A program made the translations under genes and the position numbers. This document shows positions 9,569-20,809 of a stretch of 32,000 nt of DNA, piece after piece; position 1 is the stretch's first letter; every line of letters begins with the position of its first letter. The notes beneath the pieces were generated by a model. The model worked only from the letters and a program-made list of their open reading frames with translations. It did no database searches and was not told the DNA's origin. This stretch comes from Desulfobulbus propionicus DSM 2032 (GTDB lineage: Bacteria > Desulfobacterota > Desulfobulbia > Desulfobulbales > Desulfobulbaceae). The stretch is taken from assembly GCF_000186885.1 (NCBI RefSeq), contig NC_014972.1, positions 930,001 through 962,000 on the forward strand. Reading direction: 5' to 3'.

Positions 9569-10054
9569 ATGCAGAAGATCAGCAGTATTCTGACTCCGAT
9601 CGATTTTTCTGACAATGCCGGCAAAATCGTCAAGGCGGCGGCGTATGTGGCGGGAACGTTCAAGGCGGAACTTCATTTGGTGTTTGTGGTGCAGACGTTT
9701 GAAGACTACAGTGGTTTTTTTGTTCCGCCCATTAATCTGCCGAATCTGGAAGAAGAGCTGTTTGCCTCGGCCCAGCAGCAGATGGAAACCTATCTGGAAG
9801 AGAACAAGGCAATGTTTGCCGAGGCAGGGGTTTCGCATGTCACCGGCAAGGTCCTTTCCGGCGATGTGGGCGAGGAAATCTTGAATTATGCGACCAAGAA
9901 GAAAGTGCAGTTGATTGTCATGGGCACGCATGGCTACAAGGGGCTGGAGCGGATTATGTTCGGCAGCGTGGCCGACAAGGTGGTCAAGACGGCCTGTTGT
10001 CCGGTGATGACCATCAATCCCTACCGGGAGGAGTGCGAGAGCAACGCCGCCTGA
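9569..10054 (+). CDS. universal stress protein (UspA family)
   Basis: ILTPIDFSDNAGKIVKAAAYVA...IVMGTHGYKGLERIMFGSVADKVVKTACCPVMTI; ribosome-binding site AAGGAGG just upstream. Confidence 0.93.
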   Translation: MQKISSILTPIDFSDNAGKIVKAAAYVAGTFKAELHLVFVVQTFEDYSGFFVPPINLPNLEEELFASAQQQMETYLEENKAMFAEAGVSHVTGKVLSGDVGEEILNYATKKKVQLIVMGTHGYKGLERIMFGSVADKVVKTACCPVMTINPYREECESNAA

Positions 10055-10185
10055 AACCAGACGGCGGCGCATCTTGGGGCCGGCAACCGAGGTCAGCGGA
10101 GAGGGTGGCGCTCCACGGCATGGGGCACCTCCCCGGCCTTGATGGTCCTGATTTGCAGCTATGGGCTGCGCGAGAGGGCAAAAAA

Positions 10186-10506
10186 ATGGAAAAACGAAAA
10201 CACCCACGAATACCGGTGCACGGAATGAGCATTGATGTATCAGACGGTATTGGCTGTTGCTCGGGTGATGTGCGCGATGTCTCCCGCGTAGGCCTCTGTT
10301 TGGTGGATATGGCCAAACGGTTTGGCAAGAATATCGACGCCTATACCGTGGTGGCCTCCAGTGGGGAGAAATATTTCAAGTTTCGCGTCCGGCCGCGCTG
10401 GGAACGGGCCGGACGGCTGAGCAAGCGCGTCGGGGTGGAAATCGAGGAAGCCCCGTGGCAATGGACCGAATACGTGATGTCGCTTGAAGCGCAACAGCGT
10501 CTCTAG
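10186..10506 (+). CDS. PilZ-domain protein
   Basis: RKHPRIP and DVSRVG motifs typical of PilZ; ATG at 10186 inside the longer track ORF. Confidence 0.75.
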   Translation: MEKRKHPRIPVHGMSIDVSDGIGCCSGDVRDVSRVGLCLVDMAKRFGKNIDAYTVVASSGEKYFKFRVRPRWERAGRLSKRVGVEIEEAPWQWTEYVMSLEAQQRL

Positions 10507-10527
10507 AGTCAGGCGCAACTCCTTCTG

Positions 10528-11637
10528 TCATCTTCTTCCATTCCTCCGCAACAGGCCAATAAAGCAGCCGTTGGCGGACGGGCCGTCTACTCTTCCCGCG
10601 GATCGTCTTTTTTCGACAAATCCATCCCGCAAGAGGTGCCGGGCTGAACTATCGGGGAAATAATAGAAGTCAAGGGTGCAGCGTCCCACCAGGTTTTTCG
10701 GGTAACGGTTGTCTAGGCATTGGGTCCATTGAGCCGCGCTTTCCGTCAGGAGCTGCTTGACCGTTTCCTCCGGCGCAGGGGCGGTTGTCGAGGATGGGGC
10801 CAGCATCCGCAGCGCTTGCTGCAGGTTCGGACACAGAGTGCTGCACGGCTCGTCGATCGTCGCTTTTTCCTTCCATGAACCGCCATCATGCATCGGCAGT
10901 TCCAGGCTGGCTGACCACCGGGGGCTTTGGTGGTGGCCGTGCTCATACGTATCCTGCAGCAACGCAAAAACCTGCTGATCACTGGTCACCAGCAGACCCT
11001 GCGGCTGTTCCGGATCATGCAGGCACAAACGGCTCCAGGCCTTGAGCCGGTGCAGGAGCGTGGTGTCCGTTTCCTGTCCGATTTCATGGAGGCTGGTGGT
11101 GAGGCTGAAGGGAGTGTCTTCTTCTTCGTCACGCAATTCGGCCAAAAGGGTGTCCTGACGGGCGGCGATCCGGCCAAGGGCCTCGTTGATCTCGGCTTGC
11201 TGGACATCGTACAGTTCCGCCAGTTTCAACACCAATCGAGATTGCCAGAGAAGCATCTCCCGTTCCTCGTGCTCGCTGTTGTTTTGCCCCTGCAGGGCGG
11301 CAAGAATCGCGTGTTTGCTTTCAGACCGATGGTCGTGGTGCAAGCCAGCCAGCGCCAGCATGCCAAGTTGGCTGATATACTCGGCGCCGCTCCTGCGCAT
11401 GTCGTTCACCAGGGCAAGAAACCGCTCGCGCTGTTCGCCCAAAGGAGCCGGGATCCAGCTGCGCAGCCGTCCCGCTTGACAGCATTGCTCGACAAAGCCG
11501 GAACCAACCTCCTGCTCCGCTGGGTCGTTTTCCACGGCTTGCAGGTAGACAACCTGATCGAAAACCGGTACAAGGGAGGACAAAAGGCCCTTGTCGGGCA
11601 GGGTTTCCGGAAACACGTAGGCGATATTTTTATTCAT
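10528..11637 (-). CDS. conserved-looking hypothetical protein, 369 aa
   Basis: Long ORF with protein-like composition; MNKNIAYVFPETLPDKGLLSSLVPVFDQVVY. No family recognised. Confidence 0.7.
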   Translation of the reverse strand: MNKNIAYVFPETLPDKGLLSSLVPVFDQVVYLQAVENDPAEQEVGSGFVEQCCQAGRLRSWIPAPLGEQRERFLALVNDMRRSGAEYISQLGMLALAGLHHDHRSESKHAILAALQGQNNSEHEEREMLLWQSRLVLKLAELYDVQQAEINEALGRIAARQDTLLAELRDEEEDTPFSLTTSLHEIGQETDTTLLHRLKAWSRLCLHDPEQPQGLLVTSDQQVFALLQDTYEHGHHQSPRWSASLELPMHDGGSWKEKATIDEPCSTLCPNLQQALRMLAPSSTTAPAPEETVKQLLTESAAQWTQCLDNRYPKNLVGRCTLDFYYFPDSSARHLLRDGFVEKRRSAGRVDGPSANGCFIGLLRRNGRR

Positions 11638-11640
11638 GAT

Positions 11641-12006
11641 ATGAGTACATTACGGGAAAAAATTACATTTATTCTGACGGCTGTCGCCTATCTGCTCTTT
11701 CATCTGCGCGTGGGTGCCGACCCTGGTGCCGTCGCCATGGGGACCGCCTACCAGATACTGCTCACCGCGCCCTATGCCTTGGGGTTCACCTACATCGTGG
11801 CGGTCGTGTTCCGCCGGCTTTCGGGTAAGGGCTGGTTGCCGTGGGATCGGTTGATGCGGGTGTTTTTCACCGTCGGCATCCTTTTTGCCTTTTTCTTTGC
11901 CTTGTATGAATATGCGGAACAAGGACTGCCGCCGGAACAGCGGCCGCCGCGCGACAACTCTAGCGTATCACGCTTTTTCGAGGATGTAGTCCAGAAGGTG
12001 CGGTAG
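11641..12006 (+). CDS. hypothetical small membrane protein, about 121 aa
   Basis: MSTLREKITFILTAVAYLLFHLRVGADPGAVAMGTAYQILLTAPYALGFTYIVAVVFRRLSGKGWLPWDRLMRVFFTVGILFAFFFALYEYAEQ. At least two or three hydrophobic segments. No clear Shine-Dalgarno. Confidence 0.6.
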   Translation: MSTLREKITFILTAVAYLLFHLRVGADPGAVAMGTAYQILLTAPYALGFTYIVAVVFRRLSGKGWLPWDRLMRVFFTVGILFAFFFALYEYAEQGLPPEQRPPRDNSSVSRFFEDVVQKVR

Positions 12007-12760
12007 CGTTGGGCAGGAGCAGGCTCTCCGGCCCCATGATCGTTCCCGGGCTGGTCACCGCGTTGCAGCCGGTCTGGGCGCCATCGCCGATGATGGCACC
12101 GAATTTGCGCAGGCCGGTATCGAGGCGGCCGCTTGCTGTCCGGATCGGGATGGTGCCGGCAACGAAGCGAAGATTGGCGCACTTGGTGCCCGCTCCGAGA
12201 TTGACCCTGTTGCCGAGAATCGAGTCACCCAGATAGGCGAAATGGCCAGCCTTGGCGTCGTTGAGGAAGACGGTGTGCTTGACCTCGGTGGTGTGGCCGA
12301 CCACGCAGCGTTTGCCGATCAGACAGTAGCCGCGCAGGTAGGCCCCCTGACGGACTTCCGAGCAGTCACCGATGATGGCCGGGGATTTGATCATCGCCCC
12401 GGACTCGATCAGTACCCCTCTGCCGATCTTGATGTTTTTTCCCACCAGAACCGCCCCGGCCATGATCACCGAGGCCCCCTCGAGGAACTGCCCGTTCTCC
12501 CAAACCGTTAGGCCGCCCTTGGTGGTGTCGTTGTAGGTAATGATGCATTCCCTGGCGTTGCGCAGCTTGCCGTTGAACCAGAGGTATGGGCTGTCCAGGG
12601 GGACGCCGTCGGTGATGCAGACATGCTGAAAGGTCGGGGCGGTATGGCTGGCGACATAGGCCTTGAGTTTTTTCAGCGGATCCCAGACATAGGGGCATTC
12701 GGCGAAGAGATCGGGATCGGGGAAATCGGTGAGATCAAAAAATGATCCGGGGGTCAGCAT
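11960..12760 (-). CDS. left-handed beta-helix (hexapeptide repeat) transferase, GlmU C-terminal-like
   Basis: VLVGKNIKIGRGVLIESGAMIKSPAIIGDCSEVRQGAYLRGYCLIGKRCVVGHTTEVKHTVFLNDAKAGHFAYLGDSILGNRVNLGAGTKCANLR. No nucleotidyltransferase domain. Confidence 0.82.
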   Translation of the reverse strand: MLTPGSFFDLTDFPDPDLFAECPYVWDPLKKLKAYVASHTAPTFQHVCITDGVPLDSPYLWFNGKLRNARECIITYNDTTKGGLTVWENGQFLEGASVIMAGAVLVGKNIKIGRGVLIESGAMIKSPAIIGDCSEVRQGAYLRGYCLIGKRCVVGHTTEVKHTVFLNDAKAGHFAYLGDSILGNRVNLGAGTKCANLRFVAGTIPIRTASGRLDTGLRKFGAIIGDGAQTGCNAVTSPGTIMGPESLLLPNATAPSGLHPRKSVIR

Positions 12761-12958
12761 ACGCGGGCTCCATAGCAGGCGGTAGAACGGGGGTGAAGAA
12801 TAGCCTTTCTATATTGAGCTGCCGGTATTTATTCAAGGAAAATTTTCTTTGCCGGTAAGGTCCTCCCCTTGTCTTGACTTCGGGGGGGGTTGTGTTTACT
12901 GTCGTGGGACAATTCAGCGCCAGGGGTATCGTTCCAGGCGATTTTAAGGAGGAAAAAC

Positions 12959-15388
<2,430 letters not shown>

Positions 15389-15401
15389 CGAGACCAACGT
15401 G

Positions 15402-15450
15402 GCTGGCGGCGGGGGACTGAAGGTCGCTTCCGCCGCTGGTAGTCTTTTTT
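15402..15450 (+). terminator. possible Rho-independent terminator after lon
   Basis: Stem 15402-15412 / 15430-15440 including G-U pairs, followed by AGTCTTTTTT. The long loop lowers confidence. Confidence 0.4.
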
Positions 15451-15487
15451 GTCTGCATCACTGTTCACCTTTATTCGTCTTCGCTTC

Positions 15488-16474
15488 ATGCGCCGCCTGT
15501 TGCCTCTTCTCCTTGTTGTTTGCCTCGTCATCGGCGGCGTTGGACTCTGGTACCGATCCTTCCTGACAACGCCTTCGCCGGGAAACGGTGAGATGGTGGT
15601 GGAGATTCCCAAGGGAACCGGGGTGCGCGGCATCGGCGCCTTGCTGGCGGCAAAGGGTCTGCTGCGCGACGACATCCGCTTTTTGGCCTTGGTCTGGTTG
15701 TCGGGAATCAGGGCCAAATTGCAGGCCGGCGAGTACAGTCTGCCGCGTGGATTGACGCCGCCCGAACTGTTGCAACTGCTGGTCAAGGGCAGCACGCTTC
15801 GCCATCATGTGACCATTCCGGAAGGCGTGACGGTCGCCCAGGCGGCTCTGCTGTTTGCGCGGGACGGCTGGATCAAGCAGGACCGATTTCTGGCGCTTTC
15901 CCAAGACAAAACACTCATTCGGCAGCTGGGCCTGGATGCGCCCAGCCTGGAAGGCTATCTTTTTCCCGAAACCTATACCCTGGTGCGCAACGAGGCGGAC
16001 GAACGGTCGGTGTTGCGGATGATGGTCGAGCGTTTTCACCGTGTCTGGCGGGATCTGAACATCAACGAAGCCCATGGGCTGAACCGCCATCAGCTCGTCA
16101 TCCTCGCCTCGGTGGTGGAGAAGGAAACCGGGGCCGCTGTGGAACGCCCGTTGATTGCCAGGGTTTTTCTCAACCGCCTGGATCGCCAGATGCCCCTGCA
16201 ATCGGACCCGACGGTGATTTATGGCATCCAGGATTTCAACGGCAATCTGACCAAGGCCGATCTCAAGCGGCACACACCGTACAACACCTACACCTTGCCC
16301 GCCCTGCCTGCCGGCCCGATCTGCAACCCTGGTCGCGCCGCCCTGGAGGCGGTCATCCGCCCGGCGGATTCCCAAGCACTCTACTTTGTGTCCAAGAACG
16401 ACGGCACCCATGTCTTTTCCACCAACTTGGCCGACCACAATCGAGCGGTCCAGATCTATCAACGCGGCAAGTAA
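15488..16474 (+). CDS. mltG: endolytic murein transglycosylase MltG
   Basis: N-terminal TM then LQAGEYSLPRGLTPPELLQLLVKG, EGYLFPETYTL, ILASVVEKETG, LQSDPTVIYG, YNTYTLPALPAGPICNPGRAALEA. ATG at 15488 preferred over the TTG start in the track. Confidence 0.93.
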   Translation: MRRLLPLLLVVCLVIGGVGLWYRSFLTTPSPGNGEMVVEIPKGTGVRGIGALLAAKGLLRDDIRFLALVWLSGIRAKLQAGEYSLPRGLTPPELLQLLVKGSTLRHHVTIPEGVTVAQAALLFARDGWIKQDRFLALSQDKTLIRQLGLDAPSLEGYLFPETYTLVRNEADERSVLRMMVERFHRVWRDLNINEAHGLNRHQLVILASVVEKETGAAVERPLIARVFLNRLDRQMPLQSDPTVIYGIQDFNGNLTKADLKRHTPYNTYTLPALPAGPICNPGRAALEAVIRPADSQALYFVSKNDGTHVFSTNLADHNRAVQIYQRGK

Positions 16475-16761
16475 ACCTTTTTTGCTGACAAGCTGAACGG
16501 CGGCACCATCATTTGGGGCACCCGCTCGCCAAACCTTGTCGCGTATCGGTCCTCTTCCGCGCCTGCACGAAATGGCGCTTGCGGGAGCAGGAAGGAATTT
16601 CCTTGTTTTTAATTTAATTAATGTTATGTTCGCCGGACAGGAGTAGATTATGCGGTATTTTCGTTGGTTACGGTTTTGATTCAGTGTGTATGGGTTGAAA
16701 AGTGGCCTGAAAGATCGCATGGATAAAGCATTCAGCCCAAGACAAGGAGAACAAGGGAGCA

Positions 16762-16962
16762 ATGTTGAAAGGAACAGTGAAGTGGTTTAATGAGTCCAAA
16801 GGGTTCGGTTTTATTGAGCAGGAAGCAGGCAAGGATGTTTTTGTCCACTACTCTGCGATCAGTGGATCGGGTTTCAAGACATTGAATGAAGGCGACAAGG
16901 TGCAATTCGAAATCGTTGACGGTCCCAAGGGACCGGCTGCCGCCAATGTCACCAAACAATAA
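16762..16962 (+). CDS. cold-shock domain protein (CspA family)
   Basis: [66 protein letters not shown]. Confidence 0.97.
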   Translation: MLKGTVKWFNESKGFGFIEQEAGKDVFVHYSAISGSGFKTLNEGDKVQFEIVDGPKGPAAANVTKQ

Positions 16963-16978
16963 AATGAATTGATTGTTC

Positions 16979-17014
16979 AAGCCCGGCGGGATCTTCCCGC
17001 CGGGCTTTTTTTTT
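16979..17014 (+). terminator. Rho-independent terminator downstream of csp
   Basis: AAGCCCGGCGGG-atctt-CCCGCCGGGCTT followed by a T-run. Confidence 0.93.
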
Positions 17015-17166
17015 GTGCGGCCTCGGCAGGGAACGGCAGTGCATGCCGTTTTCCAGGCATGAAGGCTGTGCGTTTCCCTGTTTTTTCTCTTTTTTCCGCC
17101 AGACGGCGTTTGCCTGCCTGGGACGCGCCAAGCACAGCCGTAACGTTTTTTTCAGGTGAATGTGTT

Positions 17167-18792
17167 GTGAAGATCGCCCTTATTCAAACGAACCCCATCA
17201 TCGGCGCCTTTGAACGAAATCTTCGCCAGGTGCTCCATTGGATCGGCAAGGCCAGGCAGGCCAGGTGTGATCTTGTTGTTTTTCCTGAGTTGACGCTTTG
17301 CGGATACCCTCCCCAAGATTTACTGGAACGGCCTGCGTTCCTGGATGGCCATGATCGCGCCTTGGTCGATCTGGTCAAACAGTTGGCTGGCATCAGCTGT
17401 ATCGTCGGGGTGCCTGAACGTCGACAAGGTCCGGGCAAGCCGTTGTACAACTCGGCCTATGTCCTAGAGCGCGACAAGATCGCGGTGCGGGCGCGCAAAC
17501 AGTTACTGCCCACCTACGATGTCTTTGACGAAACCCGCTATTTCGAGCCGGGAACGACCTCGACCGTGTTTCCCTGCAAGGGGGTGCATTGCGGTCTGAC
17601 CATCTGCGAGGATATCTGGTGGAACAGCGAGATCTATCCGACGGATCCCCTCAAGGATCTGGTCATCGGGCCGATCGTGCCGGACTGCCTGATCAATATT
17701 TCCGCCTCGCCCTACCACTACGGCAAGCTAGAGGAGCGGCAACAGGTCTTCACCCGGCTGTGCCGGGACAACAATCTGCCCCTGCTGTACGTTAATCAGG
17801 TCGGCGGCCAGGATGGACTGATTTTTGACGGGCATTCGATGGTCATGACCCCCCGAGGCACCTTGCGGGCTGTGGCGGCCGGCTTTGGCGAGGACATGCT
17901 GGTGGTCGACAGCGAGGACTGGGACAGGGACGGCGGGCAGTTGCCGGCGGATAGCGTGGCCGATGTCGAGCAGGCGCTGGTGCTCGGGGTGCGCGATTAT
18001 CTCCACAAGACCGGTTTTCGCCGGGCGGTGCTCGGCCTGTCCGGGGGAATCGATTCGGCGGTGACGGCGGTGATCGCCTGTCGGGCCCTGGGGCCGGAGA
18101 ATGTGCTCTGCGTGGCCATGCCCTCGCCCTACACCTCGCAGGCATCCATAGACGATGCCCGCCAGCTGGCGGCCAACCTGGGCTGTGACTTCGAAATCAT
18201 CGCCATTTCCGCTCTGATGGAGACGTACCGCGCCAGTTTGGCGCCGCTGTTTACCGGATTGGCGGAGGATGCCACCGAGCAAAACATCCAAGCCCGTATT
18301 CGGGGCAACCTGCTCATGGCCCTGTCCAACAAATTCAAGCGGCTGCTCCTGACCACCGGCAACAAGTCGGAAATGGCGGTTGGCTATTGCACCCTCTACG
18401 GCGACATGAGCGGCGGCTTGGCGGTGATTGCCGATGTGCCCAAGATCATGGTCTACGAACTGGCGCATCTCCTCAACCGGGAAAGGGAACTTATCCCCGA
18501 ACGGATCATCACCCGCCCGCCGACCGCGGAACTCAAGCCCGATCAATGCGATCAAGACGACCTGCCGCCTTACGAGGTGCTTGACGGTGTTCTTAAGGCC
18601 TATCTGGAGGAGCATAAAAGTATCGAGGCGATCGTTGCCAATGGGTATGATGCCCAGATGGTCCGGGATATCGTGCGTCGGATCAAGCTCAATGAGTACA
18701 AGCGCAAGCAGGCGCCGCTGGGCATCAAGGTTACCACCAAGGCTTTCGGTCCAGGGCGTCGCTATCCACTGGTGCAGGGGTTCGTCGAGTAA
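17167..18792 (+). CDS. nadE: glutamine-dependent NAD+ synthase
   Basis: Nitrilase-like N-terminus (VVFPELTLCGYPPQDLL, GLTICEDIWW) plus synthetase LSGGIDSAVTAV, TTGNKSEMAVGYCTLYGDMSGG. GTG start at 17167 inferred. Confidence 0.94.
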   Translation: MKIALIQTNPIIGAFERNLRQVLHWIGKARQARCDLVVFPELTLCGYPPQDLLERPAFLDGHDRALVDLVKQLAGISCIVGVPERRQGPGKPLYNSAYVLERDKIAVRARKQLLPTYDVFDETRYFEPGTTSTVFPCKGVHCGLTICEDIWWNSEIYPTDPLKDLVIGPIVPDCLINISASPYHYGKLEERQQVFTRLCRDNNLPLLYVNQVGGQDGLIFDGHSMVMTPRGTLRAVAAGFGEDMLVVDSEDWDRDGGQLPADSVADVEQALVLGVRDYLHKTGFRRAVLGLSGGIDSAVTAVIACRALGPENVLCVAMPSPYTSQASIDDARQLAANLGCDFEIIAISALMETYRASLAPLFTGLAEDATEQNIQARIRGNLLMALSNKFKRLLLTTGNKSEMAVGYCTLYGDMSGGLAVIADVPKIMVYELAHLLNRERELIPERIITRPPTAELKPDQCDQDDLPPYEVLDGVLKAYLEEHKSIEAIVANGYDAQMVRDIVRRIKLNEYKRKQAPLGIKVTTKAFGPGRRYPLVQGFVE

Positions 18793-18911
18793 GCGGACCG
18801 CAAGCTGTCGCCGGCCTGCGGTAAATCTTGCTTTGACGCCGTTGTTTTTTTTGGGTATCTTGGCCCACCCGTTCAGGGATTTTCTTCTCTTCGAGACGAT
18901 CAGCAAGCGAC

Positions 18912-20684
18912 ATGGTCCGGCCGTCCCGCAATCTCCTTTCCCTTATCCTGTTTATACCGGTCAGTCTGTTGCTGATCGGGTATTTGGTTGTCCGCGAGCA
19001 GTCCACCAAGCGTCCCGAGCAACTGGCGGTCACCACTGCCGGCATGGTCGAAATGTGCCTGAGCTGCCACACCAAAGAGACCTTGGATGGAGCCCATGAT
19101 CGTCTGGTCGTTGGCTGCTCGCCCTGCCATCTGGGAGACCCATTGGCCATTGACAAGGACAAGGCCCATGCGGGCATGGTGCTCAATCCAGGTGACCTGC
19201 GCGTGGCGGCCAAAACCTGCGGGGTCGAGGGGTGCCATCCGGCGGACATCCACAAGGTCAAGCATTCGCTGATGGCCACCAACCGAGGCATTCTCGCCAC
19301 CCTGCTGTACTACTGGGGCGAGCGGGACCACCAGAATGCCGACATAACGGTCGAACAACTGCTCGCCAGCGGCGAGACCTCGCTTGCCCTCGACTATTAC
19401 CGCAAGCTCTGCGCCACCTGTCATTTGTGGAAACAAAAGAACGATCTGCCGGGAGCGCCGGCTTTTTTCAATGAAAAGGGTGGCGGCTGTTCGGCCTGCC
19501 ATTACATTTTGCCGCCGGGCACGCCAAAGAACACGGTGACCTCGGAGATTCCCGCTGCCGAGCAGGAGGCTGCCAGGAAGAATCGTCCCCACCCGCTGGT
19601 GGTCAGGCAGGTGCCGGAGGACAACTGCATCCGCTGCCACAACCGCTCCGGGCGCATCGGTCTCTCCTACACGGGCATCTTTGAGGCCGAGGGGTACGGC
19701 ACCCCGTATGAAAAAGGGCAGCACGCCTCGCAACGGTTGGCCGGCGATCGGTTTTATCTCAAGATCGCCCCGGACATTCACCACGTCAAGGGCATGGCCT
19801 GCATCGATTGTCACACCCGTGACGAGATCATGGGCGACGGCACCAGCTATGCCCATTACGAGGAGCAGCTGGAAATCACCTGCCAGAGCTGCCATGATCC
19901 CAAACCCGGCATGACTCGCAAGCAGAAGCCGCTGACCAATGTCGGCAGCAAGCAGGGCAGGGCGGTACTCACCGGCAAGATCGACGGCAAGGAGCGGCCG
20001 CTCAATCCGCCCCATCCGCAGGCCTGCTTGGCTCCCAGTCACAAGCGGGTGACCTGCGAGGCTTGCCACTCCACCTGGGTGCCGCAATGTTACGGTTGCC
20101 ATGTCAAGCGGGACAAGCGCGATACCCATCTTGACAAACTCACCCTCACGGAAACACCGGGATGGTGGGAAGAGGGGCGCTCCTATATCCGCTACGAAAA
20201 ACCGATGCTCGCGGTTTGGGGCGACGAGGTGGTGGTGGTCACACCCGGCTGCCAGGATTTGGTTACTCTGATCGATGAAAAAGGAAAGTCCGAAGGTGGA
20301 TTCAACCGTTTCACCATGGCCGCGATCAACCCGCACACCATTCAGGCCAAGGGGCGGACCTGCAAGGATTGCCATGCTTCGCCAAAAACCGTGGGGCTCG
20401 GGGAGGGCACCGTGGTCAAGAAGGATGGTCAATGGCAGTTTTTTCCCGTGGATCGAGGGGTGGAGAGCGAGCAGGGACGCACCCCCGGCTTCGACACCTT
20501 TGTCACCATCGACGGCACGCCGCTGCAATATGGTTCGCGTAAGAATCTGCGACCGTTCAACGGTGACGAATTGCGGCGTATCCTCCGGGTCGGACTCTGT
20601 CTGGACTGCCATCAGCGGGCTGACGACCCAGCGTATCGCGACTATGATCGGCATCGATCCTGCCCGGTGTACAAGGAGCCGTGA
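18912..20684 (+). CDS. membrane-anchored multiheme c-type cytochrome, 590 aa
   Basis: N-terminal hydrophobic anchor. 11 CXXCH motifs (CLSCH, CSPCH, CATCH, CSACH, CIRCH, CIDCH, CQSCH, CEACH, CYGCH, CKDCH, CLDCH) plus CGVEGCH. Confidence 0.93.
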   Translation: MVRPSRNLLSLILFIPVSLLLIGYLVVREQSTKRPEQLAVTTAGMVEMCLSCHTKETLDGAHDRLVVGCSPCHLGDPLAIDKDKAHAGMVLNPGDLRVAAKTCGVEGCHPADIHKVKHSLMATNRGILATLLYYWGERDHQNADITVEQLLASGETSLALDYYRKLCATCHLWKQKNDLPGAPAFFNEKGGGCSACHYILPPGTPKNTVTSEIPAAEQEAARKNRPHPLVVRQVPEDNCIRCHNRSGRIGLSYTGIFEAEGYGTPYEKGQHASQRLAGDRFYLKIAPDIHHVKGMACIDCHTRDEIMGDGTSYAHYEEQLEITCQSCHDPKPGMTRKQKPLTNVGSKQGRAVLTGKIDGKERPLNPPHPQACLAPSHKRVTCEACHSTWVPQCYGCHVKRDKRDTHLDKLTLTETPGWWEEGRSYIRYEKPMLAVWGDEVVVVTPGCQDLVTLIDEKGKSEGGFNRFTMAAINPHTIQAKGRTCKDCHASPKTVGLGEGTVVKKDGQWQFFPVDRGVESEQGRTPGFDTFVTIDGTPLQYGSRKNLRPFNGDELRRILRVGLCLDCHQRADDPAYRDYDRHRSCPVYKEP

Positions 20685-20809
20685 ACGGCCTGCGTTTACT
20701 GGGAAAATGTTCGGGACGCAGAGTCTTTGCACTTGTTAAATTTTGCCAAAAGCGTTACAGCGCACTGTTTTTTATTCACCGGAGAACTTTTGTTCACAAA
20801 AGGAGTACA

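Noticed and set aside
10927-11640. 5' part of the 359 aa + strand ORF (10927-12006)
   Set aside because: This part runs antisense to the 369 aa hypothetical gene. The hydrophobic protein-like segment begins only at ATG 11641, so I kept 11641-12006.
15458-16762. 434 aa open frame on the - strand
   Set aside because: Antisense to mltG, which carries strong family motifs; low-complexity Arg/Gln-rich product.
18793-18911. ACCGCA...TGCGGT near the nadE stop, followed by a T-run, as a terminator
   Set aside because: The arms are short with an internal mismatch and the T-run (about 18846-18853) is too far downstream to pair it convincingly with the stem.
18900-20732. 610 aa open frame on the - strand
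   Set aside because: It is entirely antisense to the multiheme cytochrome gene, whose CXXCH motifs make the + strand assignment clear. Long antisense frames are expected in GC-rich coding DNA.
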